From the human T2T-CHM13v2.0 reference genome, Homo sapiens, in the NCBI RefSeq assembly GCF_009914755.1, contig NC_060927.1: DNA of 64,000 nucleotides. One strand, given 5' to 3'. Shown here in pieces: positions 26,520 through 43,140 of the stretch. A model generated the notes under the pieces. That model worked only from the letters and a program-made list of their open reading frames with translations, did no database searches and was not told the origin of the DNA. The position numbers and the translations under genes are program-made. Every line of letters begins with the position of its first letter. Within the stretch, counting starts at the first letter, position 1.

Positions 26520-28200
26520 GATGAAAACACCGAGGAAAATCTTGAAAGAATGAAAATAAACAGAACAACTAATCTAAAGTAAATAGAAATAGTTTTAATA
26601 ATGGAAAAACTTTAATGTTCTCAGAGTAAATAGCTTTCATCCTGAAAATAGCAAGAGTTTATGAAAATAGGAAAAACAGATTGCTGACATTAAAAAATCA
26701 ATGGATGGCATAAATAATCTAATGGGACTGAAGACCATGTTGCTGTTCTTAAAGATAGCATGAAGGAAACCTTTGATAATGCACAGCAAAATGAATCAGA
26801 AAATAAGGAAATAATACGAAGATGGGAACAGAGGTCTAGTCATCTAATGTGACTCTAATGGGAACTCCACAGAACAAGAAAAAGAAAGAATAGAAAAAAG
26901 GACATAGCCCAAAAATAATAGAAGAGTTTTTTTTAAGCAAAAGAAATATAACTCTTCAGACTGAAAGATTCCAGTAAGTACCAAGCAGAAAGAAGGAAAA
27001 GAAAGCCTACTGCTAACTTAGTGTTCAGCTTTTGGTAATTAACCACTCCTCTACCATATATTAGAACTGGCTGGTTAATGCTACTTAGGGATCAGTGTGG
27101 AAGCTGGGAGAGATTGGTTCTTAACCTTTCTGAGATATCTAGCATGTAAGGACTCAGTGATCATGAAACGAAAAAGGGGCCATTTTTGTCCCGTAAGGAG
27201 AGTATCAGCCTGAGAAAGAATCCACCACATAGAAGACCAGGTCTGAGAGATAGAAAGAAAGAGGCACAGGTCTAATAACATTGAAATTATCAGTCTGGCC
27301 ATATCTGATTTTAGTACTACTGCATGATTCATATTAGGGACGAAAGAGTTTGAGATGCGTTTCTGCATGAAAGTTGTGAGAATACATTTAATGTACTAGA
27401 GGAATTCTGGCACTCTGAGGATAAAGAGAAGATCCTAAAAGCTTCCAAAGAGAAGAAACAAATTACTTACCAAGAAATAAGACTTGGAATGACATTCTAC
27501 CTTTTGTCAGCAACACTGAATAGCCAACAAAAAAGTAGTGTTTTCTTTTTTCTTTTCTTTTTTTTTTTCTTCTGAGACGGAATCTCACTCTGTTACCTGG
27601 GCTGGAGTGCAGTGGTGGGATCTTGGCTCACCGCAACCTCCAGCGGGTTCAAGCAGTTCTCCTGCCTCAGTCTCCCAAGTAGCTGGGATCATAGGCACCT
27701 GCCACCATGCCTGGCTAAATTTAATTTTTTTTTTGTATTTTTAGTAGAGACAGTGTTGCACCATGTTGACCAGAGTATTTTCAGAATATGGGAGGGTGGG
27801 GAAAGGTTTGAAGCTGGCATTCTATACTTGTAACATTACCAATCAGGCATGAAGGCCACTGAAGATATTTTTGGGTGTGCAATAATTCAGGAAGTTTATG
27901 AAAAGATTGTAATAGGAGGTATTTCAGCAATATGGTGAAAGAGTAAGACTTAGGAGAACTAAAGGAAGCTAGAAAGAAGGTAAGAGGTTAATTTGTGTGG
28001 GGGCCTGAAAATGTCTCCTCCAATGAGAAGTGATTTAGGACAACAGATTCCTTGTGTATTACTCTTCTTGGTTCTAAAGTGAATAATAGCTACACGTTTA
28101 TAAAAATCATAAACATTCTTAATTGGTTTTCCATTTTTAGAATTAACCTATATGGACAAAGCACAGAAGACTGACTTAACAATCTAAAGGCAAAATGTAT
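26520..28200 (+). mobile_element. HAL1 / old L1 ORF1-like element interrupted by an MLT1 fragment (~27100-27370) and an Alu
   Basis: gaagatcctaaaagcttccaaagagaagaaacaaattacttacc...gtcagcaacactgaa; 3' part tttttagaattaacctatatggacaaagcacagaagac. Confidence 0.7.
27541..27772 (-). mobile_element. 5'-truncated Alu
   Basis: Right arm plus part of the left arm, ending at ccatgttgaccag. Confidence 0.93.
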
Positions 28201-29744
28201 ATGCTTTAAAGTGCAGTGATTGCAAATGGGGGCAAAATGATTTGCTTTAAACAACTATGAAATAAATGTAACTTCTCTGAGCAAAATCTTGTGGAACTGG
28301 TGTCTGTCTGAATAGAGGAATGACCATAAGTCTGCATTAGAGGCAGGGCAAAGGGAGAATGGAGACACATCAGTTGGGAACGTTGTTGTATCTGACCTGA
28401 GACAGGCTCCGCAGAAAAGGGGCTGAGGTATGATAAGTCTAAGAGGGTCAGACCAGCGGTTGTGCTCCTGGTTGGGACCAGTGTTTGCTCTCTAGGAAAG
28501 CATTCAGACCATTAGATTATTACCCCTTTCCCTAGGACCCTTTGTTACCTAAAATTGAATATGTAATTTTTTTGTTGATGTGGTTTTGGTTAGAAGGCGT
28601 AAAATGTACTCACTTTTCTGAGAAAGAGGATTACACGTGATAAAATGATGCCTTGTGTCTTAAATATTTAAAAAGAGAAGGGGGGAGAAAGCTGAAATGT
28701 TCTGATTTCACTTTCCCCACTTGAAATTGGTGTGAAAGGGCTTAGCCTCTTTTCAGAGAAATAAGAGTCTCACGCTCAAAGTGCATAAACACAGAAAAGA
28801 GAAATAAAACGTGTTAATTGGTGATTAAAGGAGAAAAGTTCAATATTTTTTGACTGTATGGCAAAAGCTTATATTCTCAAGAATAAACATTTCTAATGAG
28901 ATCCAAAGACCACAGGGCAAAAGAAAATGGGGTAGCAAAGGCTTTTTAATAATCTAAAATAGCTAGGGAGAAACAAAGACAGTTTTAAGGCTTTAGTGAA
29001 AGTTATTTGCTATTGTGTTGGAAAAAAGGACCCAATGTTTAGACTGAATTTTTTATTTTTCAACCACTTGAGTTGGTATGATTTTTCGAAATCATTCTTT
29101 CTCCTTTTCTACTGTTAACATGTAGCTATAATTTGGTTTCTCTGACTTGGGATATTTTAAGGCAAAGGAGATATGAAAGCTTGAGGATATGGAATGGACT
29201 TTATCACAGGCTAGGGTTAGGCAAAAAAGAAGAAATGAAGTCATTTTTAAGGGAGCAACTGGAGAAGAACCCAGAGCTGTGCTACTGAAAGTGGACACTC
29301 AGTGGTCACTAAATGTCATCAAGGGATAACTTTATGAAGCATGCATATGTGATGGAAGCATTATCAATTAAAGTAGTATAGAAGAAAAACACAGTATTTA
29401 GAAATTGATACATATTTTTTAAAAAAGAGAATGATCCAAGAAACATACTTCTAGAAATGAGTTCATTAAAAATAAAAAAAGTTATGTAAAAGGACATGGG
29501 AAGAAAAATGTGACAATAGAAAAGCCTTGTGTGGCTCTTATCTGTATGTGTTAGCAGTGCTAGAATAATAATGGTGAAGGTACCAGTAAGAGAAAACATT
29601 CTAGAGATTTATAAGTAATACCTTTTAAAATAGTTATTGGACACCTTTGTTAGTGTATGACAACCCAAATGAACAATCATACCAATAGACATAATTTATA
29701 CAAAAAGACGTGGAGTCTATTGAGAGAAGCAGGCCATACCCAAA

Positions 29745-30600
29745 ATAATAGCTAATATTTACAGAGTTCCTACTCTGTGCCAGGCACTATGTGAAATGCT
29801 TTTGATGTATGGTCTCATTTAATTCTCATTGCAGTTTTTTGAGGTACCGGCCTTGTACAGATGAAGCTTCAAGAGATTGAACAATTTTGTAAGATCTCAC
29901 CAATAAGTAGCAGTCTTAGGTTTTGAATTCAGATCCTCTGAGTTTGTAGCCATGTTCTGAACCACTCTGTTACTATAAGGGTGTTACTGCTGCTGCTATT
30001 AAAGTGATATAAGTACTATTTTCATAGAAGGAACAGAAATTTCACTGATACAAGGAGTAACTTTTTACCTCAAGGGCCTACATTTATTTTCACCTCAGCT
30101 TCAAATAAACAATAAATAAAAATCAAAATGACAAATGATGGCTGCAATTTCTGAGTACTTCGTACATGCTGGGTAATGTATTTGACATGTATCATCTCAT
30201 GTAATTATGCTATGAACTCTGGGAGGCATTAAGTCAAATGATTAAGGAGGCAAGTCAGAGTCATACAGCCTGGGTTCAAATACCATCTCTTGGCATTACT
30301 AGCTGGCTGCCTTCAGCAAGTGGTATTTTCACTGAACTTCGAGATCCCCACCTGTAAGTGGCAATAGTAATACCACCTTCATCATGAAGTGGTGAGGCTT
30401 AAATTGCTAATCAGAATAATGTCTGGAACATAGTAATTGCTCAACTGTTAGTTTTTTTTTTTTTTTTAATATTCTAATCTAGGTGAGAAAATGGAGACTC
30501 AGAAGTTAAATAACCTGCCCAAGGTCAATAGTTCTTATATAACAAAGATGGGATTCTGATCTTTCTACGCCACGAACCTCAGTCTTTGCTCTTGAGCCCT
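29745..30600. mobile_element. Cluster of MIR fragments, one nested in opposite orientation
   Basis: tactctgtgccaggcact...tacagatgaag; ctgggttcaaatacc...cacctgtaag; ttaaataacctgcccaaggtca. Confidence 0.7.
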
Positions 30601-32535
30601 CTGTTGTACTACCCTCCTAGGATCTGACTTCACAACTCTGTTTTCTAAGTATCATTCAGGGTGCTTTTCCTCCTAATTTAATCTATGAATAGGTTGCCTG
30701 TTGAGCATAGATATGTCAAGGTTAAGGCAATGAATAAATTAGGAAATTGACACAGTTGCAGATGACCCATTTTTTAAAGATTGAATTTAAAAGCACTTTC
30801 TCTTCAAAAGAAACTGGATTAAGTAGAACTACCCGGTTTAACTAAAACATAGAACATCTATTTGAAGAAACATTTAGAATATTTTATTTCCAATGGTGGC
30901 TTGTTCATAAATGCATAATGTTAAAAAAGGAAGCAGAGCTTTTAGTTTCAGACTTTGAAGTTTTTTTAAACAGAAGCACAATAGGCTGTATAATCCGTAT
31001 CCAAAGTGCAGGGTAGCATGAAGAAGTACAAATAAAGCATGTCTCAAATGGTTATATTCAGGGGAATCTTGTTGTAAGGTAGTATTAAGAGGTGGTGTAA
31101 TGAGCTCTTTATAAGTTAACTATATGACCTTAGGCTTTTATCTTCTGTAGGTTTTTTTCTTTTAAAAATATTTTAGGAAACCATGATATATCAGAGACCA
31201 TGCATTGTGTAATGCTGTGCATTTAACTAAAAGGAAAAAGGTCAAACTTGGCCTATGGCAACATCCGGAATATCCTGCCCCAAACCTGCTGGGGATCTCA
31301 TCACAGAAAGACATTAATTTTGTGAATTTGTCACATTCAGGACACAATCTCACTAAGCTCACGCACTGCTAGTGGTTTCTTCTCTCAGTTGTGGACTCAG
31401 AAACTTTTTACCCTAATGTATAAAACAAGCAAACCAATTGACGAAGGTACAGTGAATCCCAAGACACATGTCACAGCTAACCCATAATCTCCCTGTAGGC
31501 ACAGACAACAAATTATAGGCAGCTGGTTGCTTAGCGAGGCTATAACCAGCTGAGGTGAGTGAGTTACATGATTTAAGTATTTAATGGCATGAGGATAAGA
31601 TGGTTGCCCTGCCGCTAGGACCAGATTCTCTAAACTATACTTGGATCGGCACTGCCAACTATGTCTCCTCTGTGTAACCCTGGGCAAGTTCCTTGTCTCA
31701 CTGTGTCTCAAGTTCCCTACCTGTAAAAAATGTGTGAGTAAATGTTTGACAAAATGCTTGGCCATGATATTCCATTATCATCTTCGCTATACAGACTTCA
31801 ACTGCCAACAGTCTCCTTTCTTCATACAGAGGCCATTGTATCTCTCTAAAGTGACTTTGCACATCTCTGATTTTTAAAGTTTAGTTCATAGAGGAAAACA
31901 TTTTTTTCTGACTTCCAAGTTCTCGTAGGTTCCAAATAAAGAAAGCAACGATAATGGTTTTTTTTGTTTGTTTGTTTTTTGCTTTTTTTTTAGAGGGTAT
32001 CGATGTAGCCAAGTTAAAAGTGGTTAGGCTCTTTCAGTGTTGATAAAACACAGGGTATCCTGCCAAAAGTCTGTAGAAAGGAGACCTGTCTATGTAAACT
32101 ATCTATTTGTAACTTCTAAAAGACTATCCTCTGGTATTGTAGCTTTTCTTTCTTTCTTTTCCTTAAATATTTGTATCAGGATAAAAAGCATGGCCTTTCC
32201 TCAAATTTTTCATGAATATGTTTCACTTTCCAATAGAACAGAGCATGAGCATGAGCTTGCTGTTTTCCTCCTGATTTTAAAGACTGTGCTTGCAGGGAAC
32301 AAAGAGTAGAGAACAAGTGGGCCTTTATGTTGCAAAGACAGTTGATAATTGACACCTGCTTCCAAGCAATTACTGCCTGTGCAATATTTAATTCAGCTGT
32401 TTTTTGGCTTTGGCTTTTTATGAGAAAACAATTTTAGCATAACACTGTAAATCTCTTTTCTCTCTTGGCCTCAGACTGTGTATTTAGAAACTAATATCCC
32501 CTGTTTGGGGTCAGATATTTGCTGGGGTAGTGCAT

Positions 32536-32936
32536 TGTCTCAGTCTCTTTCTGCTGCTATAACTGACTACCACAAACTGGGAAATTTACAAACAATACAA
32601 GTTTATTCACTTACAGTTATGGGGGCTGGGAAGCTCAAGAGCATGGAGCCAACATATGGTAAGAGCCTTCATGCTGCCTCCTCCCATGGCAGAAGGACAG
32701 AAGGGGAAGAGAGTACACATGAGAGTCACTAGCAAGAAGAGGCCAAACTTGCTTTTATAACAAGTCCACTCAGTTGATAACTCACCCACTCCCACAATGA
32801 TGACATTAATCCATTAATGAGGGCCCAGCCCTCATGACCTAATCACCTCTTATTAGGCCCTATCCCTCCAATACTGTTGCATAGGGAATTAAGTTTCCAA
32901 TATGGGAACTTGCGGGGACACATTCAAACCATAGCA
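32536..32936 (-). mobile_element. MST (MSTC/D-like) MaLR solo LTR
   Basis: TG...CA termini: tgtctcagtc...cattcaaaccatagca; 5 bp TSD tgcat / tgcct. Confidence 0.92.
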
Positions 32937-33655
32937 TGCCTGATCTAATTTCTTTTAGAAAAAAGTCAGCTGTTACCTATGGAAATGTGGAGTTGGACTC
33001 ATTAATTTAGTATTTTATTTTGAACATTTGGCAGCCATTTACTTGTTTTCATTCAAATCAAAGAGTTAGAGTTCCAAAGTAAATCATTTTCATGTTACGA
33101 GTCTTGACTTCACAGTGTTTCCTCTTGATGTTTCTGTGAAATGTGTTATCCTGGATTAGTACAAAATCAGGCCCCAATGCTTCAGTATTAAATATCACAC
33201 AGCTGTATTAACTTTTTATGAGATGAAACTGAGCTGCAAAACATTATGTGTGGATTTTGGAGGGGATTGTTTCTGACTGGTGAGTTATGATGGCTGGGTT
33301 TTTATCTATAGTACTAGAGTTGGGCTGATCAGATTAATGCATTTTAGGCATATAAACCTGAATTATAAAGAAGAGAAATATGTTCTCATTGCAAGCAATT
33401 CTTTATAAGTAATGATGTCATGGTATGAGCTTTTTAAGCTACTAAAATATAGTCCGGATGATTGGGAAAGGCTTATATTTCTCGATTCCCTGGGATCCTA
33501 ATGTGCATATCTCTAAAAGGAAGCAGAATATAATGGCCTTGCAAGGGCTGTCTGTAGTTGATGGGACACCCAGTGCCATCAAATCATGGGCTGCACTGAA
33601 TGTGATTAGGAGCTGTCACAATACATTTAGCCCTCATCGGTTAGAGAGAGAATCG

Positions 33656-33668
33656 GGGCCAAAGGTCA
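33656..33668 (+). promoter_or_regulatory. Nuclear-receptor DR1 element (HNF4/COUP-TF/PPAR-RXR type)
   Basis: GGGCCA-A-AGGTCA in repeat-free DNA; motif match only, function untested. Confidence 0.45.
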
Positions 33669-34454
33669 TTTTCTACAGCAAAGTGGGCATTTAGTGCTTT
33701 TATTTGCACTAATGGTAAATGATAGTTAATGAAAATCATTTATAAACCTTGTCCAAACCAGTGTTTCTCTACTGAAAACAGCGGCTGGCTGCCTCTGGAA
33801 AGGACTGTAATTGCAATATGGTTGACGCCATGTGATAGTAATTGGGCTTATAGCTTAATGAAGTCTGTGTCCAGTAACTCATTTCCACATAGTGGGAAAA
33901 CAAGCCAAGGTAACAGCCCTCCCTGATGAGAACTTATATTACTGCTTCACCTAGTTGACTTTTGTCACTTTGCACTTTGAAGTGAAATATTACCACCTTT
34001 GAAATGTGGTGCCCAGTCTGAGGCCTCATACTTTTGAATCATGGTCGACACATACTCTAATAATGATTAATAGCCTTTCCAAGTATTCTAGTTGTTTTAA
34101 AGGTCATTTAATCTTTATGTAGCAGCTTAATTGAAAGTTTTTATCCTTCTTATACACCTGGCATTCATTTAGAGGGAAAGAAATATAATTACAGCAAGTG
34201 GATGAGAAATAATTTATTAGGCATTTCTTTTCTTTCCTCAGATTTTCATCTTACTCATAAAAATTTTCATTCATTATATTTCTTTCCCAATAGTTGGGTA
34301 AAGTTTCTTCTGGTGAAATTTAATGATGGTAGCTTCTTGAGTCAATTCTATTTCATCAATCAACTATTGGGAAACGGTGCCAGGCTACTCACTCATACTT
34401 TCTTTTAAATCATGGATATCTGAGGGAGAGAACCACCTGCTTGAAGGACTAGTA

Positions 34455-34760
34455 CGGCCAGATCTTCCTATCCACAGGTTCCACATCTGCAGATTCAACC
34501 AACTGCAAATCAGAAATATTAGACAAATATACAAAATAAAAATACAAATAGGAACAATGCACTATAACAACAATTTACATAGCATTTACATTGCATTGGG
34601 TATTGTAAATAATCTAAATCTGACTTAAAGTTTATGGGAGGATGTGCATAGTTTATGGGCAAATAGTATGACTTTTTATATAAGGGACTGAGCATCTGCA
34701 GATTTTGATACCTGTGAAGGGTCCTGGAACCAATTCCCTGTGGATATTGGGGGACGACTG
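34455..34760. mobile_element. MER2-like Tigger MITE
   Basis: tatccacaggttccacatctgcagattcaaccaac...cctggaaccaattccctgtggata...gacgactg; TA dinucleotide on both flanks. Confidence 0.88.
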
Positions 34761-34839
34761 TATGACGATGAGAATGTTTCTGAAGACTTTCAACAGTCTG
34801 AAGATGTATAAATCATCGAGGATGATTTATACAGAACAG

Positions 34840-35030
34840 CTAATAATAACAACCATTTATTGAGATTTACTATTTGCTGAACACTGGACAGGGCCTTTGA
34901 TGTGCACGATCTCATTTAATCTTTCTAGTACCTTTATGAGGCCCATAGGGTCTCCCCATTTTACAGATGAGGAAAATGAGAAAGAGAGGTAGGTATCATG
35001 CTCAAAGGAGGCAGCTAATAAGCAGGGCTG
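34840..35030 (-). mobile_element. MIR SINE
   Basis: atctcatttaatc...ccccattttacagatgaggaaa. Confidence 0.8.
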
Positions 35031-35230
35031 CACCTAGCCAGTGTGGCACTGTGTGCAAATTAGAGAAAGGTTCTCACTCCAGTGATGGCTTGGCTGGCAG
35101 TGCACAGTAAGGCTTTTGACCCCTGCTTGCACCTGCTGCCAGGTACCCGTGTATATTGCACAATCCATACAACTTATGTGGCGGCCCAGTTGGTGAGTGA
35201 CAGATCCTGAGTTAAAGCCATAGCAGTAGA

Positions 35231-35529
35231 CCATTGCTGTTCAATGGAAATGGAAATGTAATTTAAAATTTTCTAGTAGCCACATTTAAAAACGTAAAAA
35301 GAAGGAGGCAACGGTATTTTTAAGAATACGTTTTATTTAACCTAATATGTCAAAAACATTGTTTCAACATGTAATCAGTATCAAAATGGTACATTCTTTT
35401 TATTTTTAGTGAACTAGTCCTTGAAATCCAGTGGGCATGTTACATGTATAATACTCTCAGTTTGGACTAGTTACATTTCAAGTGCTCAACAGCCACACAT
35501 GGCTAGTGGCTTAGACAGAGACAGTGCAG
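35231..35529. mobile_element. MER33-like hAT-Charlie fossil
   Basis: taatttaaaattttctagtagccacatttaaaa...catttcaagtgctcaacagccacacatggctagtggct. Confidence 0.85.
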
Positions 35530-38141
35530 TTCTAGAGCTCCAAGTCTTAACATCTTCCCCTGCACTCATATTTTTCCAAAAAAAATAAAAAGCTGAATTC
35601 AATCAAAGCATCCTCAAAAAAAAAAACTTATTAAAAAAAGGAAGGCAGATCAGAAATTCCAAACCTCTGCCTGTTACCAGTATACTCAAGAAAGCTTGTT
35701 TTTGCATACGAAAAGTATATTTGCACTATTATTAATATGTTACATATTATATTAATATAGTTACATGTTGAGTATATGGAGTCTGAGTATCTATTAATGG
35801 ATTTTCAAAATTCCGTGGATCTTTTAGGTGCTGTCTTTTTGCCATTCCTTTTGTCTTTTGCATTTTAGTGAGAAGGTGGGCAAAGAATTCAAGAAGAAAT
35901 AAGACCGAAACCAAAGAACTTTTGAATTTCTCAGCATTACTCTGGTAAGAGTAATGCAGTCCAGAAGCTTAAAGACATTTTTGGATGACTGGTTCAAAGA
36001 TATTAGATGATGTTTATTCCCTGAAGAGTTAGACAACGTTACCAGATGCACAAAAGTGCAGGCTGAGTGAACCCAGCTTTTCAACTTGCAGTGGCTGCTA
36101 GCAAGATTTAGTGAGTTAATTTTAATTTATAGAATTTTTTTCTTCCATCTACTTTATTCTTTTTGGTAATAGAGTATGAATCAGGCTGAATGTCATCAGT
36201 CTGTGACTAGTAATATCTTTTTGGAAAATGCTCAGGATTCTTTTGAAACTCTCTGGAAAGTGGTGACATCACTTGAAAGGGTTTATAGAGCTTTAATTAC
36301 TAATTGATTACTACAATTACAGTCTGGGGAAATTGCCATACAATGGAGAGTGGTACTTGGGTGGCATGGCCTCGTTTCCTTGAAGCAAGGACAGCAGTGA
36401 ATAGTGTAGCATTTTGGGAAGAAGACAGGCATTACAATCTTAGGTTTGCTATGACCTCTTTTAATTTTCTTATTAGAAACATGGGAGAATGATCCCTATT
36501 ACGATTGTCATGAGGAACTAATGAGAATTTATGGAAAGCATCAAGCTCTGTGCCAGCAGAAAGAAGACAATTCATAAATTGCAGCCTTCATCCTTTCTAA
36601 TAAAACTTATTATCATAACTTTTTGAGCTGGTTATATATTTTTTCCCATCAAAACAAAATTATTAACAATTATGGTTTATTGTTAACAAAACCTATCATC
36701 CAGCACTCAGGATCATGATCCTACCACATAGCTTATGCTACTAAAAACACAACAGTATCATTCTCAGAAAAAAGAATGAATTGAGACATTGTCAAAATAA
36801 GTTCAAATAAAGATGATATGAATTATATAGGATTATACTGGACAAAAATAATTTTTTGGCTCTCATAGGAGTGGAAAGATTTCCAAAAAGCTAAAGAAAT
36901 GTGTATATTTTTTCTACAAAAAAGTGCTAAAAGCAATTATAATCTGTTTTTTTCTTTCTTATTTCTTTTTTCTTTTCTTTTTGCCCTTTGTCCTCCCTTC
37001 CTTCCTTTGAGGAAATGGGTTAAGTTGCTGAAAGTTTAGGCTTGAAGTTTTGTGTGTGGCGCAGGGAGCCTTGTGACTAAAATGTTTTAACTCACAGATC
37101 AAGGTGATGTATGTGGGTTATGGCCGTGGGGATATTTTTATTCCAGAACTGTTATTATTTTGAGTTACCAAGGTCTGGATAATTGTGTAAAATGCAAATG
37201 CTCCCAATCCTAATTTGTATCTGTGATTGAGCTGTGTTGTCCAACTCTTTGGATTGGCCACCAAATACCCTTAAATAATGATTACATATTAGAGTAAGAG
37301 CCAAAGAAAACAGCACCTAGGTATAGTTGAACACTTCACTTAAGTATCACTTAAGAACCTTTGGTGTAAGCAACAGATCCCAATTCTGTGCAAGTCAAGA
37401 AATAAGAGAGTTTAGAGAAGGGCTGCTGAACAGATAAGATGCCAGAATACCTGGATGATCCATGGCAATAGATTAGGAACAGGCGACTCTTGGCGTTCAG
37501 CAATAGGATCTACCTAATTGTTTCATCATTTATCATCTTATGCCACTTTTCTAAAGATTAGAAGTTACAGTAAAGCGCCCAGTGACTGAAGCTTGGATTA
37601 CTTGACTGCCCCCTTGGATGGGCCGGGGTATAACTGGCTTTATAATGCCACCAAGACTGAATATTGCATGTGGATGCTGAGTAGCCAAGCTAGTCAATCG
37701 ATAAATGTCTACCACAGATACAATTTTCACTCAGGAGCAACTTCTATTAACAACTGCTTCCATTTACACTAATTTTCATTTAAGTCTCAATAATCCTAAT
37801 GCTTTAATTCTTCTTGCTTCCTTTCATGGGGTCTGAAGTCCTTCTGTGGCTTAGTCACTGCTGAGTCTCTGGTGCCTTGGTATTCCACACTTTGCCACAA
37901 ACTCAGCAGCTGTTGAAAATTTCTCAGTGGAATGCTGCATTTTTCTTTCCAGTTTTCCTGATCTCCATCTCGTTTGCCAAAAAACCAAGAGAGACAAGAA
38001 AAAAAAATTATATTATGGCTTAAGAAAACAAAACACAGCTCATCATGGTCTTTATATACTAAGCTTCTCTTAATGATTTGTAGTCGTATCTTAGTTTCAT
38101 CTCTCTTTTCTTATTTTCTGCACTTGAAAACTACCTTTAAA

Positions 38142-38163
38142 ACACACACACACACACACACAC
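38142..38163. repeat. (AC)n microsatellite
   Basis: About 11 AC units, read directly. Confidence 0.95.
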
Positions 38164-39178
38164 GCACGCACATACTCATACACAATGACATTATTATATA
38201 ACTGTCGTGGAGTTTAGCTTTTATTTTTTTCCTCCAGCAATGAAACCTGATGAGTACCATTGTAAGTTAATGCCCATAGATCTTGTCAAACATGATTGTG
38301 TGGTTGATGGATACAGTGAAGAGGTCTGCCTGGTGTTTCCCACACATCTCTTTGAGGTGCTACAAAGATAATGTTGACATTTTAATATAGTGTCAATACA
38401 TATTATAATTCAGAGAACATTTTGCATAATGTTAGGCACCTAATAGGAGTTCAGTAAATTCATGTTATTGATTGATTGATGCAGCACCTGTACAGCATAA
38501 TTACTTATCCTTCAAGACAATTATTAGGATCTGGCTGGTAATGGAAGCTATGAAATACCATAGTTTTGTTAGAGCTGATTTCTTTTCTTCTGGAAAATGG
38601 TTGTCATTTTTGAACTGTTTTAGCCATAGCTGTTGGTTTAGGAGATTCCCATAGTGAGACTATGAAGTGAACTGTGGAATACACAATTTGTGTTACTGCA
38701 TCATGTCTAAACAGTTATATGAGGGAAATAAGCCAAACCCTACACTGCTATAGGAATTCTTGCATATGTCCTCAAACTTTCTCAATAATTTGTAGATTAT
38801 GCCTGTGGTTTTGCAGTCCATCATTCATCTTTCCTTATAATTTTTAACAGGTAACTCCTATTCTAGCATTTAGACATGTGAATGTGTGATACCACAGCCC
38901 TAGAAATGGGGATCTGGTAGATTTAAGCTAAGAAAATTGAAACTATTGGTAAAGAGGAGTGGATTATTAAAAACCAAATTTCATAGAGATTCTTGTAATG
39001 CCCTAACCACAGTTGAATCCGGTAGCGCTCTTTCACCAATTCAAGATAAATAAAATGTATTGGCTCACATAAGTCAGACATTCTGGGGTACGACTGATTT
39101 TAAGGCTCAGTTGTCTTCAGGGCTCAGATTTAGTTCCTCTTTATCTCTTGGCTTCATTGTCTGTGTATTTGCTCCATT

Positions 39179-43140
<3,962 letters not shown>

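Noticed and set aside
38374-38409. TTGACA...TATAAT resembling a sigma70 promoter
   Set aside because: Spacing is about 24 bp and the DNA is mammalian; chance match.
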